DNA of 64,000 nt from Acidobacteriota bacterium. Lineage in GTDB: Bacteria; Acidobacteriota; Blastocatellia; Pyrinomonadales; Pyrinomonadaceae. Shown here one piece after another: positions 26,608 through 35,781 of the stretch (position 1 is its first letter; every line of letters begins with the position of its first letter). Position numbers and translations under genes: made by a program. The notes under the pieces are model-generated. The model was not told the origin of the DNA, searched no databases, and saw nothing but the letters and a program-made list of their open reading frames with translations. The DNA lies in contig JANPJL010000128.1 of assembly GCA_031425495.1 (NCBI GenBank), positions 4,184 through 68,183 of the forward strand, given 5' to 3'.

Positions 26608-28530
26608 CTATCTAGGAGATACGGCCACAACGCCGGTAGCCAGGGCTGTGATCATAACCTGCGAACCCGACCCGATCTCGATGCCGTCTCGATTCTGCGA
26701 GAGAATCGCACCGGCAGTCGTTGCCGAATTAGCACCTGCATCAACCGGCACTCCCGAAATTGCACCGATCAACGCTCCGAGGATACCGCCGGTTCCGCGG
26801 ACTGGCTGGGCAGCACTCCGGGCAACTTGGTTCGTCACAGTAACGATGTCACCGTTGACGGCCGTCAAAGCGTTAACCGTTCCCGCGAAGCGATAAGTTT
26901 GACCACCTGATAGACGAATTGTATCGAATATCAGTAACACTCTTGAGCGACCGGCCACACGGCCTGCTGGGTCTTCAGAGACAACCCGACCGCTTATCAC
27001 GGCACCCCGATACTGACCCGGAGCCGTTACGTCCATCGTGAACCGATCACTGATCTCAGAACTCGTAATATTGCTTCGGAGTTCGGCACTCATACGCGTT
27101 CCCGTCGGTACGACGAAGGTATCGTTTACCGTACCGGTCGAACCACCGGTGTCGGTGTTCGTGTTTACGGCATTCCATCGAGCCACGTTGTCGATCTTGT
27201 CATAGACGCTCGAAACCGTGATGCTGTTGCTGCTGCCGTTATCAAGGAAGATCCGTCTCGTTACCTTGAGCCGGCGATCCGGCATCGGCAGGAACGTAAG
27301 ATAAAAATCGCTCGCACGCTCGCCCTGATAATTGATTATCAATCCATCCTGATCAGCTGTAGCCGTCGTCGTCGTAGTTCGACCACGGGGGTTTGTTTCC
27401 GAACGTGCGACACCGTCGGCCTGAAATGTAACCTGCGGCAGAATGCTCGAAGCCATACTGACCGTCGCATTACTCTTTTCGATCACAATGATCTCCGGCG
27501 AACTGAGTCGCTGTTCGAGTCTGCGTCTAAAGCCTTCACGCTCGACCGCCGAAGTTGTACTCAACGCCTGATCGATAGCCGCCGTGGTGTTCTCGCTCAA
27601 GCTGTTGTTGAGCCGATACGTACCGGTCAGTCGTGCGTCAAAGTTTCGCAGACCTCCACTGTCACCGGTCGTGTCGGTATCCGTCGGCATCTGCTGATTC
27701 CAGTTCCAACTTACGTTGTAATAGGTTGCTAGCGTGTTGAGATCCGCTTTCAGATTTCGCCACTGGGCCTGCGTCTGCGGATTTAGGCGATTGCGATTCA
27801 TGAACTGATCGATGTAGATCGCCCGAGTCAACACTTCTGTTGCATCCAGACTCGACGACTGTCGGGTTGCGAAACGCTGCTTGAGGCGAAGTTCCGCCGC
27901 TTCGAGTGCCTCGATATAATCGCCGATCTCGTCGTCCGAACGATCTGCGGCTATGTCACTTCGGAGTGCGAGATCCATCTGACGCTTGTAATTAGTCGTC
28001 TTCAATTCGATGCGTGATAGCAGAGTCTGGACCTGACGATCCGGTACTGTGTATGAGGTACCGGTTGGGGAAGGAATAACGACCGGCGTGACGGGCTGAT
28101 TCCAGTTCCAACTTACGCGATTAGATGTTGCTAATGTCGTGAAATCTGTTTTGATCCTGCGCCACTGCGTCTGAGCCGAAGGCGTGACGCGGTTGATCGT
28201 GAGGTATCGGTCGACCAGGGTCGCACTCGTGAGAGCGTCCCTTAGATCACGGGTGATAGGGTCGCCGTTATCGACTGTCTCACGAAGTCGGGTTAGACTC
28301 TGTTCGAGCCCAGTAAGATATTCTACAAATTGATCCGGCGTGCCGGTATTTGTGTTCCTGTCTGCGAAACGCTGTGCTTCGTCTTTCAGGACATCGATCC
28401 TCGTCTCGATCCTGATCAAACGTGTTTCGTTCTGCCTAGCAGTTGCTAATACTTGGGCCGAGGCCGCTGGTGCGGTCAGACCTACTGCCGTCAGACTCAA
28501 AGCTATTATAAAAAATAATCTTGTTTTCAT
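26608..28530 (-). CDS. secreted 640-aa protein of unknown function with duplicated helical module and C-terminal glycine-zipper
   Basis: Signal peptide ending ASAQV. Two ~130-aa repeats each end in TLA(T/S)..(R/N)VSWNWNQ. The C-terminus has GGILGALIGAISG. Confidence 0.6.
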   Translation of the reverse strand: MKTRLFFIIALSLTAVGLTAPAASAQVLATARQNETRLIRIETRIDVLKDEAQRFADRNTNTGTPDQFVEYLTGLEQSLTRLRETVDNGDPITRDLRDALTSATLVDRYLTINRVTPSAQTQWRRIKTDFTTLATSNRVSWNWNQPVTPVVIPSPTGTSYTVPDRQVQTLLSRIELKTTNYKRQMDLALRSDIAADRSDDEIGDYIEALEAAELRLKQRFATRQSSSLDATEVLTRAIYIDQFMNRNRLNPQTQAQWRNLKADLNTLATYYNVSWNWNQQMPTDTDTTGDSGGLRNFDARLTGTYRLNNSLSENTTAAIDQALSTTSAVEREGFRRRLEQRLSSPEIIVIEKSNATVSMASSILPQVTFQADGVARSETNPRGRTTTTTATADQDGLIINYQGERASDFYLTFLPMPDRRLKVTRRIFLDNGSSNSITVSSVYDKIDNVARWNAVNTNTDTGGSTGTVNDTFVVPTGTRMSAELRSNITSSEISDRFTMDVTAPGQYRGAVISGRVVSEDPAGRVAGRSRVLLIFDTIRLSGGQTYRFAGTVNALTAVNGDIVTVTNQVARSAAQPVRGTGGILGALIGAISGVPVDAGANSATTAGAILSQNRDGIEIGSGSQVMITALATGVVAVSPR

Positions 28531-28632
28531 ATTCCTCCTTGATGTGAAGAGCCCTCGTAGAGAGTCAGCTCAGATACTAATTACGGTTTTGCAATATGCA
28601 TGCCACGTGCGTAAGTAACTGTGTAATTAAAT

Positions 28633-28664
28633 AAAAAAGGCACCCAATATAAATCGGGTGCCTC
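28633..28664 (-). terminator. intrinsic terminator of the G/Y/N/Q-rich protein gene
   Basis: The minus strand reads GGCACCCGATTTATATTGGGTGCC followed by TTTTTT. Confidence 0.8.
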
Positions 28665-28687
28665 GTTACGGGTGTGAGTGTCTGAGA

Positions 28688-29299
28688 TTATCGGCCACTT
28701 AGGATGCGACCTAAAATACTCGTAATAATACTGGTCGAAATTCCCGAACGCTGCGAACCATAACGGGAGGATCGGTTGTAACCGTCCTGATAACCACGCT
28801 GGTATCCCTGCTGGTAATACTGATCGTACTGTCCACCGCCGTAGTTCTGGTTATAGCCCTGGTTGCCATATCCACTTCGGTTGCCGTACTGGCGAGCCTG
28901 CTGGCCTTCGCGATATCCCTGCTGATAACCCTGACGAATAGCCTGTCGCGCCATTTCGACATTGCGGCTGTCATTCCCGTAATAACCGCCATTGTTGTAG
29001 CCGTCGTTGTTATAGCCACCATTGTTGTAGCTGCCATCATTGTTATAGCCGCCACCGTAGCCGTTATCGCGGCGATACTGCTGACGCTGTCTAGCTATTT
29101 GCTGCTGGCGCTTAAGAGCACGCTTTCGCGCCTTCTCGTAGCGCTTCTGAGCATGCTTATCCTGGTTGTAGTAACGATCGTCCTGATCGTAGTCGTAATA
29201 ACCACCCTGAGCGTTTGCCGTGAAACCGCCTGCCAAAACGACAGCAGCTCCAATAAATCCGATTCCCAAAACTTTCTTTACTGCGTTAATCATTTTCAC
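28688..29299 (-). CDS. secreted low-complexity G/Y/N/Q-rich protein
   Basis: Signal peptide ...GGFTANAQ, a basic KRYEKARKRALKRQQQIARQRQQYRR block, then GGYNNDGYNNGGYYGND and QGYQ.GY repeats. Confidence 0.6.
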   Translation of the reverse strand: MKMINAVKKVLGIGFIGAAVVLAGGFTANAQGGYYDYDQDDRYYNQDKHAQKRYEKARKRALKRQQQIARQRQQYRRDNGYGGGYNNDGSYNNGGYNNDGYNNGGYYGNDSRNVEMARQAIRQGYQQGYREGQQARQYGNRSGYGNQGYNQNYGGGQYDQYYQQGYQRGYQDGYNRSSRYGSQRSGISTSIITSILGRILSGR

Positions 29300-29633
29300 T
29301 ATCCTCCCGAATTGCCTCGTTTAATTACAAATGACCAGATATACGTTTCAGTAATCGAAGTTGTCTGGCCTCGTCTACCCATCTATGGCAATCATTGTGC
29401 CGTGCCAATATGTGCAGAAATACTAGACAAAATCGCGAACGAGTGTAAAATTCGGGGACGTAAATCGTATGTAAAGCACACGATTCGGGAACGCAACTGG
29501 GGGGTGTGGAAGGTATTAAACAGTAAGTAATCGAAAATCGGTATGCGATAGCAGTAAGTAGACCCTTACATTACCGACCTCTGAATTCCGTGTAACAGTT
29601 CAGTTGATTTCGCGCGGGTGGACGTATCGCGGC

Positions 29634-29762
29634 ATTCTCCTTTCTTTACGCCGTGTCTCCTCCGCGTATTCCGTCACTATCTGAATTCAGGAAGATAACC
29701 ACGGAATACACGGAGAAGACACGGAATAAAGCGGAACAATAATCAGCCTTTGAAAGGTGACA
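29634..29762 (+). repeat. CACGGAA-type hairpin element (copy 4)
   Basis: Left arm ...CGCCGTGTCTCCTCCGCGTATTCCGTC, loop ..AGGAAGATAACC, right arm ACGGAATACACGGAGAAGACACGGAATAAA, tail AATCAGCCTTTGAAAGGTG. Confidence 0.8.
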
Positions 29763-29772
29763 ACCACCGAAT

Positions 29773-29818
29773 TCTGACCTCTGACCTCTGACTTCTGACT
29801 TCTGACTTCTGACTTCTG
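29773..29818. repeat. 7-nt tandem array CTGACCT/CTGACTT (~6.5 units)
   Basis: Read directly. Confidence 0.9.
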
Positions 29819-29841
29819 TATTTCACCCTGCCCGCCGACTA

Positions 29842-30909
29842 TTACTTGGTCAGATAGTTTCGATGAAGCCACTCGCCGCGTTCCGAATCGCGGCTTTCGA
29901 TCAATACGACCTCATCAGACTCGCGAGTGACCATGCGAATACGGTTTGTGACTCGACGTTCCGAAGGGATCTCAGCGGTATTTGCATCCAGCAAGAACTC
30001 GCTGATCCGCTGTAAGGATACCATCTCCTCCGACCGTCTTCCCTCGTATGATTCGGACACGGACTCGATCGCGGCCGCTTTTAGGAGTCGCGGCCAGAGC
30101 TTTACGAACAGGTCGTGCGATCCGTATGTGTCGCCACTATTGATCTCGCCGTTGATCGCGAAAACGAATCCGATGACGTCGGACTTGCCCTTAACTATCG
30201 TGCGGAGTGCGTCGATGTAATCATTCGTGTTGGCACGCACAGCGTCATTCTCGAGCGAAAGCTGCAGGCTGGAGCGTGACACGTTCGAAGCGACGTTCGT
30301 GTTAGATGCCGCGCTTAGTTTGCCCTGGGCCTCTTCAACCTTTTCCCAGACCCCTGCCTGCGAGCCCGTATGTTTTGCAGCTAGTTTGAGTTCCTTCGAA
30401 GGCAGTCCTTCGCTCGACGCTGAGAACGCTTCGGGTGATTCCGATGCCCGAGCCTGCCAGCGCCCATGCTCGACACAGAACGAGCTGATCGGCATTCGGC
30501 CGGAACGCACGGGCACGATCAGATCGACAGTGAGTACTCGGTCCTGCTTTCCTCCCTTTACGATATCGCCGGCCTGGACGTAGACCTCATCGGTCGATGA
30601 GATATTCTCGATCTCCAGTTCGTTTACATCGCTGGTCTCGTGTACTTTTACGAGCTTTCGGTCCATTGCCTCTTCAAGCGTCAGCGGCGTTTTGCCGGTG
30701 AGTGTGTCACGCCCGTGAACCAGATAGATCGTTAGATTATTGTGGGTATACGGCCCGGAAAGATCCTGTGTCCGTGTCTTCGGCTCCACGTCGTCCTGCC
30801 GAATAGTAACTGGGATCCCGGCACCGAGTCCCAGCAGCCGTACAGCAAGAATACCGAGAGCGAGGGAAGCTGCTCCTACACCAAACGCGAGAAGATATCG
30901 TCTGTCCAT
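29842..30909 (-). CDS. membrane-anchored protein of unknown function (resembles the DUF6569-type family; assignment from memory)
   Basis: N-terminal TM. NLTIYLVHG...VHETSDVNELEIENISSTDEVYVQAGDIVKGGKQDRVL...PISSFCVEHGRW. This is the conserved-core pattern I associate with that family. Confidence 0.55.
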   Translation of the reverse strand: MDRRYLLAFGVGAASLALGILAVRLLGLGAGIPVTIRQDDVEPKTRTQDLSGPYTHNNLTIYLVHGRDTLTGKTPLTLEEAMDRKLVKVHETSDVNELEIENISSTDEVYVQAGDIVKGGKQDRVLTVDLIVPVRSGRMPISSFCVEHGRWQARASESPEAFSASSEGLPSKELKLAAKHTGSQAGVWEKVEEAQGKLSAASNTNVASNVSRSSLQLSLENDAVRANTNDYIDALRTIVKGKSDVIGFVFAINGEINSGDTYGSHDLFVKLWPRLLKAAAIESVSESYEGRRSEEMVSLQRISEFLLDANTAEIPSERRVTNRIRMVTRESDEVVLIESRDSERGEWLHRNYLTK

Positions 30910-31002
30910 TGCCTTTCTCCTTCGAATTCAAAAATATCTCAGTCGAAGAACGCGGGTGCCATTGCTACTTGCAATAATTCTTAGACACCGGCGGAGCTCT
31001 TA

Positions 31003-31287
31003 GAGTTCCGGCGTTGCAGAGTTTGGGGAAGTTTCCAGAGTTGCAGAGTTGCAGAGTTTCCAGGGTTTCCAGAGTTTGGAACTGGTTCCAGTGTTGAAGG
31101 TTCTCCGCAGTTAGAAAGTTCTAGGCCGGGGGAATGGTTGTGAGCTCCGACTCTGGAAACTCTGCAACTCTGGAAACTCTGCAACTCTGGAAACTCTGCA
31201 ACTCTCCAACTCTGGAAACTCTGCAACTCTGGAAACTCTGCAACTCTGGAAACTCTGGAAACTTCTCCCAACTCTGGAAACTCTGCC
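31003..31287. repeat. 285-bp inverted array of 8/9-nt units (17-nt super-unit CTCTGGAAACTCTGCAA)
   Basis: The left arm (31003-31095, TTTCCAGAGTTGCAGAG units) is the reverse complement of the longer right arm (31150-31287). A ~55-nt unique spacer separates them. Confidence 0.9.
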
Positions 31288-31414
31288 ACTGTCTTGACAC
31301 GGCGTCATGGGTTTCGTAGCATTGCAATTCGCTTCTTTTCGCCTGAGAGGCGTTGTTTTTTTGATAATTCGTGTGGGTGCGGCGTGGTGCGGCGAGGTAG
31401 GATAAAAAAGTTTA

Positions 31415-31490
31415 GGGCACGTACGTCAATTGGTAGACAGCCTCCCTTACAAGGAGGAAGTTAGGGGTTCGAGTCCCTTCGTGCCCACCA
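31415..31490 (+). tRNA. tRNA-Val (anticodon UAC)
   Basis: Cloverleaf drawn by hand. Acceptor GGGCACG/CGTGCCC. Anticodon arm CCTCC-CTTACAA-GGAGG. T loop TTCGAGT. Encoded CCA. Confidence 0.9.
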
Positions 31491-31496
31491 TTCCTA

Positions 31497-31583
31497 TTTT
31501 GGATTTTGGATTTTGGATTTTGGATTCAAGCTGGTTGAACGGCCTGTTTTCAATCCAAAATCCAAAATCTAAAATCCAAAATG
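31497..31583. repeat. hairpin of 7-nt TTTTGGA units between two tRNA genes
   Basis: TTTTGGA x4 (31497-31527), a unique loop, then TCCAAAA x4 (31551-31583) ending 6 nt before tRNA-Asp. Confidence 0.9.
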
Positions 31584-31589
31584 CATTGC

Positions 31590-31666
31590 GGGGTCGTAGT
31601 TCAGTTGGTTAGAACGCCAGCCTGTCACGTTGGAGGTCGCGGGTTCGAGTCCCGTCGGCCCCGCCA
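31590..31666 (+). tRNA. tRNA-Asp (anticodon GUC)
   Basis: Acceptor GGGGTCG/CGGCCCC. Anticodon arm CCAGC-CTGTCAC-GTTGG. GCGGGTTCGAGTCCCGT T arm. Encoded CCA. The backbone is close to the E. coli tRNA-Asp pattern. Confidence 0.92.
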
Positions 31667-31676
31667 CTTTTAAGAA

Positions 31677-31715
31677 CAAAAAAACCGTCACTCATTATGA
31701 GTGACGGTTTTTTTT
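31677..31715. terminator. bidirectional intrinsic terminator
   Basis: A8-CCGTCACTCA-TTA-TGAGTGACGG-T8, a perfect 10-bp stem. Confidence 0.85.
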
Positions 31716-31719
31716 GAAC

Positions 31720-31812
<93 letters not shown>

Positions 31813-32397
31813 CTAACTCTTCCGTAACTCGGTCAATACTTGTTTCGCGACCGCCTTCAACGTGTCGAAAACGCCAGTACCATCCATCGCAACGGCTTCG
31901 AAAACTGGCTCGCCTTTTCGTTGCAGCTCACCGACAAGTTCCTCCATGGGCGTAACATTCGGAAGGTCACGTTTGTTAAGCTGGAGCACGTAAGGAAGGT
32001 CCATCAGGTTGTAACCTTGGGTCTGCAGATTTTCTTCGAGGTTGTAGAGCGATTCGATGTTCGCGTCCATACGTTCTTCCTGGCTGTCCGCAACGAAGAC
32101 CACGCCGTCGACACCCTTCAGTATCAGCTTTCGCGAGGCATCGTAATAGACCTGGCCGGGTACCGTGTATAAGTGAAAACGCGTTTTGAAACCGCGAACC
32201 GTTCCCAGTTCGAGCGGCATAAAGTCGAAGAACAAGGTACGATCGGTCTCGGTCGCCAGACTGATAAGCTTACCCTTTGCCTGCGGCGCAGTTGAATCGT
32301 AAATGTGCTGCAGGTTGGTGGTCTTACCGCACAAACCGGGACCGTAATATACGATCTTGCAATTGATCTCGCGGGAAGCGTAATTGATAAAGGTCAT
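31813..32397 (-). CDS. mglA: Ras-like GTPase MglA (polarity/gliding motility regulator)
   Basis: [30 protein letters not shown]...[10 protein letters not shown]...[30 protein letters not shown]...NKRD. By eye it is highly similar to Myxococcus MglA as I recall it. Confidence 0.92.
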   Translation of the reverse strand: MTFINYASREINCKIVYYGPGLCGKTTNLQHIYDSTAPQAKGKLISLATETDRTLFFDFMPLELGTVRGFKTRFHLYTVPGQVYYDASRKLILKGVDGVVFVADSQEERMDANIESLYNLEENLQTQGYNLMDLPYVLQLNKRDLPNVTPMEELVGELQRKGEPVFEAVAMDGTGVFDTLKAVAKQVLTELRKS

Positions 32398-32398
32398 A

Positions 32399-32494
32399 TC
32401 GATTTTGGATTTCGGATCTTGGATTCTGGATTAGATCGGATCATCGCCACGTTAGGTTTCGGTCGATCAATGTCCAACATCTAAAATCTAAAAA
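32399..32494. repeat. degenerate TTTTGGA-type units in the mglB-mglA spacer
   Basis: GATTTTGGATTTCGGATCTTGGATTCTGGATTAGAT lies at 32401-32436 and ATCTAAAATCTAAAAAT at 32478-32494. They are partly complementary. Confidence 0.6.
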
Positions 32495-32971
32495 TTAACT
32501 AAACAGGCTGTCAATGTCCTCGTCCGTTATCTCGGAAAAGGTCGAGTTGCTCATTGTGTAAGCGGACTCGCGAACAGCTTCGTCGAGGATCGAAGCAACT
32601 TCATAGCTCGCCCTTTTCGCGCGTATCTTGACAAGGCCTACGGTCGAGCGCCCGTCAAAGATGACTACCAGAAGGCTTCGTCCGATCACGCTGATGAAAA
32701 TACTTTCACGCTCGCCTTCGTGAACCACTGCCGGGAAGGCGTCTTCGCCGATCAGGTTGGCCATGCTGCTTGTGGCAGCAACGTTTCCTGCCGCAAGCGA
32801 CGAGAAACTTGTCGTGTCCATGTCGCCGATCTCGCCATGAAAAGCGATCGTCTGGCCGTCGCGATCAACGAGAAAGACCACGCGGGCCGCACACTCGACG
32901 CAGAGTCGAGCCAGCACGATTTTCAAACGCTGAAATTGCTGTTCTTGAATGATGAAAGGCGATTGTGCCAT
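32495..32971 (-). CDS. mglB: Roadblock/LC7 domain protein MglB (MglA GAP)
   Basis: Size, position directly upstream of mglA, and an LC7-like core (VVFLVDRDGQTIAFHGEIGDMD...SLAAGNVAATSSMA). Confidence 0.8.
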   Translation of the reverse strand: MAQSPFIIQEQQFQRLKIVLARLCVECAARVVFLVDRDGQTIAFHGEIGDMDTTSFSSLAAGNVAATSSMANLIGEDAFPAVVHEGERESIFISVIGRSLLVVIFDGRSTVGLVKIRAKRASYEVASILDEAVRESAYTMSNSTFSEITDEDIDSLFS

Positions 32972-33191
32972 TTTGATGATTCTCGCAGCCTAGATAAAGA
33001 GATGAACTAAGTGTGGTGTATCGACGATTTTGTTTTGGAAACTGGTAAGGCAGGGAAATGCGACAAACCGCACCATTCAATTTAGCACACGCCGTTGACG
33101 GCCTTCAAGCTTTTTTTAATCCAGCGGATCATATACCTACGAGCGGGAAGAAGTTGCGCACCCGATCGAATTTGGCTATCGTGCGAAAGTA

Positions 33192-34214
33192 ATGCTACCA
33201 AACAAATCAAACCGTCAGGCCGCATCCGTCGATCTGGTAGCGATCGGAGGCGGCACGGGATTATCGACCCTACTCTCCGGACTCAAACGCTATGTTGGTT
33301 CGCGCGAGCCCGAGACGCCTTCCATCGGTAGCCTCTCGGCCATCGTTGCGGTTTCCGACGACGGTGGAAGCTCAGGGCGTTTACGCGACGAACTTCAGAT
33401 GCCTCCACCCGGGGACATCCGTAACTGCATGGTGGCGCTATCAGAGGATTCTCATCTTCTTGCCAAGCTCTTCCAACATCGATTCTCGGGCGCTGGCGAT
33501 CTGTCGGGCCATAGTTTTGGGAACCTGTTCCTCGCCGCCCTTTCCGAAGTCACCGGAGATTTTGCCGAAGCGGTTCGGCTTTCGTCGGAAATACTTGCGA
33601 GCAAGGGCCACCTCTATCCGGCGACAGTTTCGGACGTCCGTATAGCGGCACGGCTTGCCGACGGCTCGATAGTGCGGGGCGAAACGAATATCTCGCAAAC
33701 CGGTGGCTCCATAGAACTGCTATATCTCGAGCCCGAGGACTGCGAGCCTCATGCGGATGCCATCGCAGCGATCAAGCAGGCGAATGTCATTACGGTCGGG
33801 CCGGGATCTTTGTACACGAGTATTCTTCCGCCGTTGCTCGTCAGGGGTGTCGCCGATGCGATCCAATCGTCTCCAGCGCTAAAAGTATTTGTCTGCAATT
33901 TGATGACGCAGCCCGGTGAGACCAATGGGCTGACCGCTCGCAGACACATGGAGATCGTCCGCGAATACGCAACGACTCTCGACTTTGACTACCTTCTCGT
34001 GAATGACCGTCCGATAACCGCTCGCCAAGCCGAACTCTATACACGGGACGGCGCAGAGCAGATCGGGGTTCACGGGTCGATCGATGCGCTAGAGATCGAA
34101 GGCGCGAAGGTCGTCTACGCTAACCTGCTCGACGACGGCGAGCTGGTTCGCCACCATCCCGCCAGACTTGCGCGGGCCGTATTGGACAGGTCGGACGAGT
34201 TTGCCCGTCGATAG
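33192..34214 (+). CDS. yvcK: YvcK/CofD-family gluconeogenesis factor
   Basis: LVAIGGGTGLSTLLSGLK...VAVSDDGGSSGRLR...PPGDIRNC...GPGSLYTSILP. Confidence 0.88.
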   Translation: MLPNKSNRQAASVDLVAIGGGTGLSTLLSGLKRYVGSREPETPSIGSLSAIVAVSDDGGSSGRLRDELQMPPPGDIRNCMVALSEDSHLLAKLFQHRFSGAGDLSGHSFGNLFLAALSEVTGDFAEAVRLSSEILASKGHLYPATVSDVRIAARLADGSIVRGETNISQTGGSIELLYLEPEDCEPHADAIAAIKQANVITVGPGSLYTSILPPLLVRGVADAIQSSPALKVFVCNLMTQPGETNGLTARRHMEIVREYATTLDFDYLLVNDRPITARQAELYTRDGAEQIGVHGSIDALEIEGAKVVYANLLDDGELVRHHPARLARAVLDRSDEFARR

Positions 34215-34257
34215 AAAAAGCTTACTATTGCCATTGGCAATCGTTGTCGACTTGTCT

Positions 34258-35673
34258 ATGGAAGTGGTTCAGGATGAATATAAGCCGCTGGATGTTTTGA
34301 TTCTCGCTGCCGGTCTCGGCACGCGGATGCGTTCCGATATCGCAAAGGTTCTGCATCGCCTCGACGGACGTCCGCTAATTAACCACGTCTCCAGAACCGC
34401 GGCGGCTCTCGCACCGGACAAAATTTATATTGTTATCGGCCACCAGGGGGACGAAGTGCGATCCGTCGTTCTCGAGGACCTTGACGCCGACCAGGCGGTC
34501 TTCGTTGAGCAGAAAGAACAGCTCGGGACCGGTGACGCTGTGAACGCCGCACGCGAATATCTGGCGGACCGACCCTCGACCCTGCTAGTGCTTTCCGGCG
34601 ATGTTCCAATGATCCGTCCGGAAACTCTCGCCGGCGTCGTTCAGCATCACTATCGCCACCGCGGCCGAGGCGCCGCATGCACCATCCTTACAGTAAAGCT
34701 TAAGGACCCCGCCGGCTACGGCCGTATAATCCGCGATCGCGAAGGCCTATTCGTAAGGATAGTCGAGCAGAAGGACGCGAGCGACGAGGAGAGCCAGGTA
34801 AACGAGATCAATGCGGGAATCTATTGTTTTAATACAAAGATGCTTTTTGCCGCGCTCGAGAAAGTGCGCAACGACAATGCACAAGGGGAATATTACCTTA
34901 CCGATGTTCCCGCACTGCTTCGCGAAGCGGGCGAGGACGTCGCAATATTCCAGCACAAGGATGCGTACGAGATCGAAGGAGTAAATAATCGCGTCCAGCT
35001 CGCGGACCTTGAGAGAGTATTGAACCGGCGGACGATCTCGCGACTGATGATGGATTACGGTGTGACATTCATCGATCCGAAAAATGTTTACGTTAGCGAA
35101 CGCGCACGAATCGGCCGCGACACCGTGATTTATCCAAACGTAACGATCGAGGGCGAAACGGAGATCGGCGACGGGTGCACCATCCGTTCGGGTGTTCGGA
35201 TCACGGACTCGCGAATCGGACATGGCGTCAAGATCCGCGATAACTGCCTGATCCAGGATTCGGAAGTTGGAAACAATTGCACGGTTGGCCCGATGGCGCA
35301 CCTTCGGGGTAATGCCAATATGCGGCCTGAGTCGAAGGTCGGAAACTTTGTCGAGCTCAAGAAGACGACACTCGGGTCCGGCTCGAAGGCGAGCCACTTG
35401 ACGTATCTCGGCGACGCTACGATCGGGGAGAACACGAATATTGGGGCCGGGACGGTCACCTGTAATTACGACGGTAAAAACAAACACGAGACCCGGATCG
35501 GCGACAACGTCCGCATCGGTTCCGATACGATGCTCGTTGCACCAGTCGAAGTTGGTGATGGTGCGGTGACAGGAGCGGGAAGCGTCGTTACGAAGGATGT
35601 CGAGGCGGACACGCTCGTGGCAGGCGTGCCGGCAAAAGTCAAAAAGAAGCTCGGAGAAACAAAGACGGCGTGA
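34258..35673 (+). CDS. glmU: bifunctional UDP-N-acetylglucosamine diphosphorylase / glucosamine-1-phosphate N-acetyltransferase
   Basis: ILAAGLGTRMRS..KVLH, followed by C-terminal left-handed beta-helix hexapeptide repeats. The start at MEVVQDEY (34258) removes the overlap with yvcK. Confidence 0.9.
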   Translation: MEVVQDEYKPLDVLILAAGLGTRMRSDIAKVLHRLDGRPLINHVSRTAAALAPDKIYIVIGHQGDEVRSVVLEDLDADQAVFVEQKEQLGTGDAVNAAREYLADRPSTLLVLSGDVPMIRPETLAGVVQHHYRHRGRGAACTILTVKLKDPAGYGRIIRDREGLFVRIVEQKDASDEESQVNEINAGIYCFNTKMLFAALEKVRNDNAQGEYYLTDVPALLREAGEDVAIFQHKDAYEIEGVNNRVQLADLERVLNRRTISRLMMDYGVTFIDPKNVYVSERARIGRDTVIYPNVTIEGETEIGDGCTIRSGVRITDSRIGHGVKIRDNCLIQDSEVGNNCTVGPMAHLRGNANMRPESKVGNFVELKKTTLGSGSKASHLTYLGDATIGENTNIGAGTVTCNYDGKNKHETRIGDNVRIGSDTMLVAPVEVGDGAVTGAGSVVTKDVEADTLVAGVPAKVKKKLGETKTA

Positions 35674-35781
35674 AGAAAAGATCCGGACCAAAACAGAAAA
35701 CAAAAGGCTCACCGGAACAGGTGTCCGCAACTGACGCGCTAAAGCGAATGAAAGCGTTTGGCGAGCGAAAGGAGAGCATCA

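Noticed and set aside
31293-31330. TTGACA-N17-TAGCAT as the promoter for the tRNA-Val/Asp operon
   Set aside because: The -10 match is poor, and promoter consensus for this lineage is uncertain. It is mentioned only in passing.
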